In this document: piece by piece, positions 55,279 to 64,000 of the stretch
How positions within the stretch are numbered: the stretch's first letter is position 1
Layout of the letters: the number at the start of each line of letters is the position of its first letter
Origin: Octopus vulgaris
Lineage: Eukaryota
Assembly: GCA_951406725.2 (NCBI GenBank)
Contig: OX597819.1
Location: 98,022,001 to 98,086,000 of the forward strand
Direction: 5' to 3'
Length of the DNA stretch: 64,000 bases
Position numbers and translations under genes: made by a program
Notes under the pieces: generated by a model
Told to the model about the DNA's origin: nothing
The model's input: the letters and a program-made list of their open reading frames with translations, nothing else
Database searches by the model: none

Positions 55279-55750
55279 CAATCCCACCAAGCTCGCTAGG
55301 CGAGGAGGGTGTTTATTGGACACCCTGCGGGATGAAAAGCAAAACCCGTCAAAGAGCGGAGGAACTCTTGAGAGTCAACGGCCATCCAATAAATGTCTTA
55401 AGGCTGTATCAGGCGCGGGGACATAGAAATAATCGGACTGAATACCCGATCGAACGGTTAAACCATTGGGAGTGAAGGACTCCTAGCCTTTGTTAGGGCA
55501 TCCTTCTAGGAGAAGATAACTCAGGTAACTGGGATAACTCCAATATAAAACCTGTGACTTAGTGGTTACCGATGATGTTGACTTGTTCTTCTTTTCGGAT
55601 TATGGCTGCTGTTGCTTAGTGAGTGGGATTGACTCAGTACACAGCCTTTCATCACTTTAAAAAAATCTTCTTGCACAGGCGTCACATGATAGCAACATTG
55701 ATTAAGCTTCGTGCAATGGCCATACTCGATAACGAGGGGGCAGCCACCAT
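55201..55750 (+). mobile_element. Short non-coding RTE-like element flanked by (ATGT)n
   Basis: Hairpin-rich, GC-elevated segment with an RTE-5'UTR-like agggcatccttctaggagaag...aactcc...aaacc motif (recalled, not searched); no RT ORF; bounded by ATGT arrays. Confidence 0.55.
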
Positions 55751-56035
55751 GTATGTATGTATGTATGTATGTATGTATGTATGTATGTATGTATGTATGT
55801 ATGTATGTATGTATGTATGTATGTAGGCATAGCGATACTAATAACTTGGTGTTAGAACTCAATTTTTATGTTTGCATAGAAGACGTTAGTCGCGTACAGA
55901 GCGTACTAAGAGATTATATAAACGACAAATGAACAAGAAATTACGTTCATTACATGATTTCGTATCTCCTTGTCATTTATGTGTACGCACACACACACAC
56001 ACACATATATATGTGTGTATATATATATTTGTATG

Positions 56036-56081
<46 letters not shown>

Positions 56082-56221
56082 TGTGCATATGTTTGTGATT
56101 GTTATTCACCACTGCTTGTCAACCGATGATGGTTTGTGTACGTCCCCATAAATTCCCGGTGTGCCAGTTATCCAAAGAGTGAAAAAAGGAAAAATTAAAA
56201 ATGAAAGGTATATCTGTCTAT

Positions 56222-56258
<37 letters not shown>

Positions 56259-56451
56259 CCATGATAGATTGCTATCCATTACACATTCTTTATTTTCTCT
56301 CCTTGTTTCTTTCTGTGTTCTTTCTGTGAAAGAGCGTAGGCTCGAAACGTTAAAAACTTCTTCAATTCCCGAGCGTTAAACTAATACATCTGTTTGCTGT
56401 CTACTCCACCTGTCTTCGTGTCTTTTGCTTTTTTGTGAATTCTCCCTACAC

Positions 56452-56507
<56 letters not shown>

Positions 56508-56716
56508 CAACAATAATAAGGATTATTACGAAGTGACCTGGATTTACATATTAACTGTTGACTAACCTATTTTGAATACCTAACTGAGAGTAAATTGATA
56601 AACATTTGGAGCAATCTCTTACAATTTACAAATGTGTGTGTGTTTATGTGTGTCTGTGTACGTACGTGCGTGCATGTTTGTGTGTGTGTAAGTCGTCTCA
56701 GAGTCCATAAGTTAGG

Positions 56717-56794
<78 letters not shown>

Positions 56795-57028
56795 AATGTT
56801 TGGACCAATGAGTATATGTCGATATTAGTGTGTTGGGTAAAGCACATTCATAGCCTGGCCTTCTTGGTGTCATCCACAGTTGGAATTATATTTCCCTTGG
56901 ATCTACGTCAAGAATTCCATACTGCTAGTTGAGATAATAATTGATGAAGGAAACGGAAGATAGAATTAGCACTAGTCTTCATTCAGTACGTAGATCGTTT
57001 CGACCTATCATGCAACTCTCTGTTATGG

Positions 57029-57105
<77 letters not shown>

Positions 57106-57826
57106 CCAGTGAAGCGAACCTGGATTTAAGCATTAGCAAAATTACAGTAGGTTGCTCACCCTAAGCAATCCTTGATGCTTTTTACTACATGTTAGCCGGA
57201 ACCTGGAGTATACCTGAGAGCTCTTACGGTACTCGCCAGGATTAATTATCCTTGTATGTTCATCGTATATAGGTACGTAGATATAAACCATAAGTGCAAT
57301 AACAAAGGTAGTAGAACTCAATATTATAGAAACAGAAAAATATTTAATACATTGTACAAATATATAAATTTTCATATACTACTTCGAGATTCCCGGCAAG
57401 CTATGTGTATACATAGACCCGTATACGTGCATGTGCGCTTTGCTTGGAGTGTTTTTTGTATGAGTAAGTTCCTATGTCATGGAGAGACATACATAGGTGT
57501 ACATATATATGCATGTATGTGTATACACATACATATGTTTATATATTTACATGTATATAAATACATATAAGCATGTATATATATATGAGTGGATATATAT
57601 AAATATATGCAACACACACATACACATATATATTACACCATTTCTCTGTGTGTGCGTCCGTGTGTGTGGATGTGTATGTGTGTGTGTGTGCATGGGGTGG
57701 GTTGTGTACATTTGCCATAGCACCAATCCTATTTCGATTTGGCGATGGATAGGAAGAGATTTCCATTAATCTACGAACCAAACACATCAGTTCTATATGT
57801 GTCATTGTCATATACATATGCTTAAG

Positions 57827-57871
<45 letters not shown>

Positions 57872-57959
57872 ATACTTATGCATATGTATATACATATATA
57901 TATGCATCCATATACATTCATATATGTACATATATGTATGTGTGTGTGTGTACTTATGC

Positions 57960-58028
<69 letters not shown>

Positions 58029-58060
58029 CATCCATATATGTACATATATATATATATATG

Positions 58061-58107
<47 letters not shown>

Positions 58108-58749
58108 GACTTCGTGCATAGTGATATGTATGTGTTAGTGTCTGTATATTCGTATGTGTATGCACTTAAGTGTGCGTGAATGAGCACAAAGGTGTGTCGG
58201 ATCTTATTTGTGTGCATGTGTCAAGTATATGCATATATGTCTGTGTGTTTATACATGTGTGTATGTGTGTGTGCGCGCGTGCGCGTGTGTCTGAGTGAGT
58301 ATGAACGCGTGCGTAATATACCTTCATCCCACCTCCAAAAGACACCGATTCATATGAGTATTGAAAGTTCAAGGGATCATGGTGAAGGGTGCGGATGGAT
58401 GAAGGAGCCAAAGCTCTGAGTGTGTTTTAGGCTTGGCTGGTCCTTTGGCACACATCACTGATCTGGTGTTGACACCACTAGCACTGCTGACTCAACCTGA
58501 CTCTTAGACACAACACAGCACACTTTTATATATCACTCAGCTGTGTTACGTTGTCTGTAAGATATATATTGTGTGTGTGTGTGTGTGTGTGCGTTTGTGA
58601 GTGTGTGTGTGTGTCTGTGTGTTTGTGTTTGTGTGTGTGTGTGTGTGTTTGTGAGTGTGTTTACAATATAAACAAATGTGGGTATAATATGTATATATAT
58701 ATATATATATACATATTATACCCACATATATATATATACATATTATACC

Positions 58750-58808
<59 letters not shown>

Positions 58809-58809
58809 G

Positions 58810-58849
<40 letters not shown>

Positions 58850-58868
58850 GTCAAATTGTTAGGCAGAC

Positions 58869-58935
<67 letters not shown>

Positions 58936-59083
58936 CATATATATCAAATTTTTAATAAATTCACATATGTATGAATAAACACATACACCACCAAACGACA
59001 CCACATGGATGCCACACATACACACACATACACACACATAAATACACATAAACACGCGCACATATGTAAGTGAATGTATATAT

Positions 59084-59503
59084 AGGCGCAGGAGTGGCTG
59101 TGTGGTAAGTAGCTTGCTAACCAACCACATGGTTCCGGGTTCAGTCCCACTGCATGGAACCTTGGGCAAGTGTCTTCTGCTATAGCCCCGGGCCGACCAA
59201 TGCCTTGTGAGTGGATTTGGTAGACGGAAACTGAAAGAAGCCTGTCGTATATATGTCTATATATATTAGTGTGTGTGTATATGTTTGTGTGTCTGTGTTT
59301 GTCCCTCTAGCATTGCTTGACAACCAATGCTGGTGTGTTTACGTCCCCGTCACTTAGCGGTTCGGCAAAAGAGACCGATAGAATAAGTACTGGACTTACA
59401 AAGAATAAGTCCCGGGGTCGATTTGCTCGACTAAAGACGGTGCTCCAGCATGGCCGCAGTCAAATGAGTGAAACAAGTAAAAGAGTAACAGAGTAAAAGA
59501 GTA
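59084..59503 (+). mobile_element. SINE family A, full length
   Basis: aggcgcaggagtggctgtgtggtaag head; gaaacaagtaaaagagtaa tail repeats. Confidence 0.9.
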
Positions 59504-60016
59504 ATATGTTCCAAATTATAAACTATAGTTTCGTACTTACACAGTTGCAATTTTACATTAGTCACGTATTTTCGTGAGGTTCAAAGGTTATATGACTTTC
59601 CGTTGAAAATGTTCTTTTTAGCTACTGATAAAAAACTAAATTGTATGCCCTCAATCATTACAATTAACATTGTGAAAACTTGCTGATTAGAAAAATATTA
59701 GTCATTTAGTATAATACATAGATTCGTACATCATTTCATAAAAAAAGTAAGTTTTCCGAGTAAATTATCACTTAAATTCTGTTTACATTTTACAATTTTT
59801 TAAAAGCTTATCTTGAACTTCGTTAATCGTATAGATGTATCAATTCCGAATGAGTAGACAATTAGGTAGACGATTGCCAGTGTCTTTAATTCGTCCGGAT
59901 ACATTTTATTCAAAATATAAAAAAATCATGTGGGTATATATTTTCTTGGAATGTTTATAAAGCCAAGCAAAGCTGGATAGAACTGCTAGCGCATATATAC
60001 ATATTTGAAAAAAGCG

Positions 60017-60305
60017 AATAGAAATAGCTTTTCTGATAATTTTTCCATTCTAATAATTAGATGTGTATAAGTTATTTGGTGTTTATAAAAAGTGACTCTG
60101 ATGTGAGTTTCTCGCTTAACACCGGTTTTCAAACTGATACTTGAGAGTTGGTAACCTACACAGAGGATAACAAACTTTAAAAGATCAGTTCGAAAACCGG
60201 TATTAAGCGAGAAACTCACATCAGAGTCACCTTTTATAAACATCTAATAAATTATAAAATCTAATTATTAACATGGAAAAATTTATCAGAAAAAGCTATT
60301 TCTAT
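60017..60305. repeat. Fold-back inverted repeat (~120-bp arms)
   Basis: aaatagcttttctgataa...gtgactctgatgtgagtttctcgcttaacaccggttttcaaactgat mirrored by atcagttcgaaaaccggtattaagcgagaaactcacatcagagtcac...ttatcagaaaaagctattt. Confidence 0.85.
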
Positions 60306-60346
60306 CAAGTTTTTCATATATCTGATACTGTACCTTCTATTTTTCA

Positions 60347-60390
<44 letters not shown>

Positions 60391-60393
<3 letters not shown>

Positions 60394-60605
60394 TCTTTTT
60401 ACTCTTTTTACTTGTTTCAGTCATTTGTCTGCGGCCATGCTGGAGCACCGCCTTTAGTCGAGCAAATCGACCCCGGGACTTATTCTTTGTAAGCCCAGTA
60501 CTTATTCTATACCGGTCTCTTTTGCCGAACCGCTAAGTGACGGGGACGTAAACACACCAGCATCGGTTGTCAAGCAATGCTAGGGGGACAAACACAGACA
60601 CACAA

Positions 60606-60640
<35 letters not shown>

Positions 60641-60780
60641 CATATATACGACAGGCTTCTTTCAGTTTCCGTCTACCAAATCCACTCACAAGGCATTGGT
60701 CGGCCCGGGGCTATAGCAGAAGACACTTGTCCAAGATGCCACGCAGTGGGACTGAACCCGGAACCATGTGGTTGGTTAGC
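60391..60780 (-). mobile_element. SINE family A, 5'-truncated
   Basis: Reverse complement of family A, embedded in (AT)n. Confidence 0.9.
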
Positions 60781-60784
60781 ATAT

Positions 60785-60834
<50 letters not shown>

Positions 60835-60839
<5 letters not shown>

Positions 60840-61028
60840 AAAATAAAACAAGGTAGAAAATGCTAAAATAATTTTATCATGAAGAACAATTTAGTACCGG
60901 TTACAGTCTTTGCGACTTTTTCATGCTCTACTCTAAGTTGAAAAAGTTGCAAAGGCTGAAACCGGTACTAAAATGTTGTTCTTGATAAAATTATTTTAGC
61001 ATGTTCTACTTTGTCTTATCTTCCTTAT
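60835..61028. repeat. Fold-back inverted repeat (~90-bp arms) with decayed hammerhead-like motif
   Basis: Arms mirror around ~60930; TTGAAAA AGTT-gcaaa-GGCT GAAACCGGTA at 60938-60967. Confidence 0.8.
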
Positions 61029-61060
61029 TACATATCAACTCGTGTGTTCCTTTTCAACAT

Positions 61061-61100
<40 letters not shown>

Positions 61101-62180
61101 TACATGCATACATAAACACACACACATATATATATAATACACAATATATAGATTTACTTAATCTTGTGGTAGTCACAAAAAGGCTCCTTTAGTGAACGAG
61201 GTTACAAAAATCACTAGGGTGGAAGGCAAACTATTTTAGTCTTAGACTTAACGCAAAGGATGCCTTTCAACTGGAACGAAACAGATTCCGCACCATTTCC
61301 ATTCACCCAATTCACTTACAAAGCGTTGGTCGGTTCTGGGGAATAGCAGAAGTTCCTTGCCCAAGGTGCCACGCACTGAAACTGAACTCGAAACTACATG
61401 TTTGCACAAAGAAATGCTTAACTACTCACGTTTTATGCCAGTATTGGAACCATCTGAAATAACCACAACACTCGATGATACCTAAAGAACACCGTTCCAA
61501 TTATAAGCTAAATCTACCTCAACTTCTATGCAACAGTCTCAGAAATGGAAAGAATCATTTGGATAATGTAGTCCTAGATACACTAGAGACAAAAAAAAAA
61601 TAGGGATTCTTTTCGTCGTTTAGTCAAGGGGGATAAGGAGGGCCATGGACTAGGCGAAAAGCATTACCCTCAAATAAGAGGCCTGTTCCAGTTGAGTGTA
61701 TTTGAGTAAACTCTGTTGAGGCACCCAAGCACCAAAATGATAGTGTTAAAAACAGTGGAGGAATCTAGCCTGTCACCCAGGGATAGAGAATACAAATAGC
61801 TGCAACAAATACCGCAAGGTATCTGATTTTTCAGGAAATCGGAAGGTTTGATACTCCTGGCTAACAATGCCTCTGGTCATAAGTCTATTCAATCAGAGAA
61901 AATCTTGGCGCAGAACGACATCATCATCATTATTATTATCACCACCACCACCACCGCCGCCACCACCACTACCACCACCAAAACCACCACCACCACCACC
62001 ACCACCACCACCACCACACCAAACACAACAACAACCACACCAACAACAACATTATTACATTATTATTATATCATCATCATCATAACTACTTCTACTACCA
62101 TCACTACCACCGCCACCACCACAACTTCTACTGCTGTTACTACAACTACTACTACTACTAATACAACAACAACAACAACA

Positions 62181-62229
<49 letters not shown>

Positions 62230-62686
62230 TTACTACTACTACTACATTTAGGAAAGACAATGAGACTACAAAAGGATGATCGGCTAGATGAAACGAAATG
62301 CAGAACAAAAATCACAGATCAGGCACGTGTAAGATATAGAAAAGATATGACGAGTTTGTATGGTGATAATAAATGTTGATGAGTAGCTTTTCTTTTCTAA
62401 ATGGTTTGGAAAGGAAGAGGTGAGTAAAGTGAGTTTAATTAACTGATCTAATATGATTCATAATCAACCAAATGTAGCCATTCATTACAACAAAAATAAG
62501 CATTAAAAGAACGATTACGGCTGTTGAGGAAAACTAATTGATAAGGTTATAACTTAGAATGTCTCAGATTAATTTACAACCTCTAGTCTTGCAGTCTGTC
62601 TGACTCTTTATCTGTCTGTCTGTTTGTTTGTCGCTCGCTTTTTCCTTCTCTCTACCCCTCTTTCTCTCTCTCTATATATGCATATA

Positions 62687-63097
62687 TACTCTTTACTCTT
62701 TACTCTTTTACTTGTTTCAGTCATTTGACTGCGGCCATGCTGGAGCACCGCCTTTAATCGAGCAACTCGACCCCGGAACTTATTCTATTGTAAGCCCAGT
62801 ACTTATTCTATCGGTCTCTTTTTGCCGAACCGCTAAGTGACGGGGACACAAACACACCAGCATCTGTTGTCAAGCAATGCTATGGGGACAAACACAAACA
62901 CACACACGCATACATATATATATATATACATATATACGACGGGCTTCTTTCAGTTTCCGTCTACCAAATCCACTCACAAGGCATTGGTCGGCCCGAGACT
63001 ATAGTAGAAGACACTTGCCCAAGGTGCCACACAGTGGGACTGAACCCGGAACCATGTGGTTGGTAGACAGGCTACTTACCACACAGCCACTCCTGCG

Positions 63098-63100
<3 letters not shown>
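62687..63100 (-). mobile_element. SINE family A, full length
   Basis: Reverse complement of family A. Further partial copies at ~8810, ~10700, ~12820, ~39750, ~45030, ~54930, ~56090 and ~61290. Confidence 0.9.
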
Positions 63101-63152
<52 letters not shown>

Positions 63153-63301
63153 GTATGTATATTATATATATATATATATATATGATGTATGTATGTATGT
63201 ATGTATGTATCTATATATGAGTATATATACGCATGTATGGATATCTATGAATGTACGTAAATATATGTATTATATATACACACACACATATATATACATA
63301 T

Positions 63302-63407
<106 letters not shown>

Positions 63408-64000
63408 TGTATGCATTTATTATGTATGCATGTTCAGTTTTATTCCAAGATTTCATGCCAATAGAGAAAGAGCCGGTTTTTAATCTAGATTCAAGGCTCC
63501 TTCATTCGAATTTCAACATCAACAACAGGGTATTTCTGTATGTATGTGTACGTACGTACGTACGAATGTATGTATGCATGTATGTATGTATGTATGTATG
63601 TATGTATGTATGTATGTATGTATACGTGCAGATTTGTATGTTTTGTTTTATTTGTGTATTCTAATGCATATAGTTGCATATCTAGACATGCTCATATACA
63701 TTTAAATGATAAACTTCTGGAGAGCTTTACAGATCTTTACAGTTCCAGTTATGGATTGGATCTGTAGTCTTCGAACTAGCTACCTCTTTTCTGGTTTTGA
63801 GAAGCCTAATTTCTCAAGGTTGGTATTTAGGCAGTCTGTTACATATTTCAGGCCCCAATAATTACAGGTATAAATCTGAACTTGTAATCTAGATAGAGTA
63901 ACTGCAGATTTCTCAATGGTTCAGCGTAGGCATTCTCTTTTTCACTGACCTTCAGCTTTACGTTAATATCCGCTGGGCAGCTAATTTCCACAACTATACA

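Noticed and set aside
57200-57245. Hairpin with CTGAGAG / CTGGCGA as a hammerhead
   Set aside because: No GAAA in register on either strand.

Overview
AT-rich, microsatellite-saturated animal DNA. The SINE families and repeat landscape look like an Octopus (coleoid cephalopod) genome; this is inference from remembered repeat sequences, not a database search. The only host protein-coding gene supported is an even-skipped/Evx homeobox gene (+ strand, coding exons 2250-2410 and 4411-4995, homeodomain split by a 2000-bp intron; first exon not identified). The other ~59 kb is a gene desert of transposon remnants: four tRNA-derived SINE families, two CR1-like LINEs (one near full length), RTE and R4-like fragments, Tc1/mariner, hAT and Helitron-like elements, and simple repeats that generate nearly all ORFs in the track. 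The most interesting signals are RNA-level: (1) several minimal hammerhead ribozyme motifs in short fold-back, Penelope-like repeats, including a family with a recurrent CUGUNGA core variant; (2) an HDV-like ribozyme fold at the 5' end of a short non-coding RTE-like element in an (ATGT)n array; (3) a ~330-nt segment at ~14 kb, single-copy in this window, that folds into a nested multi-branch structure. All folds were worked out by hand and none is computationally or experimentally verified.
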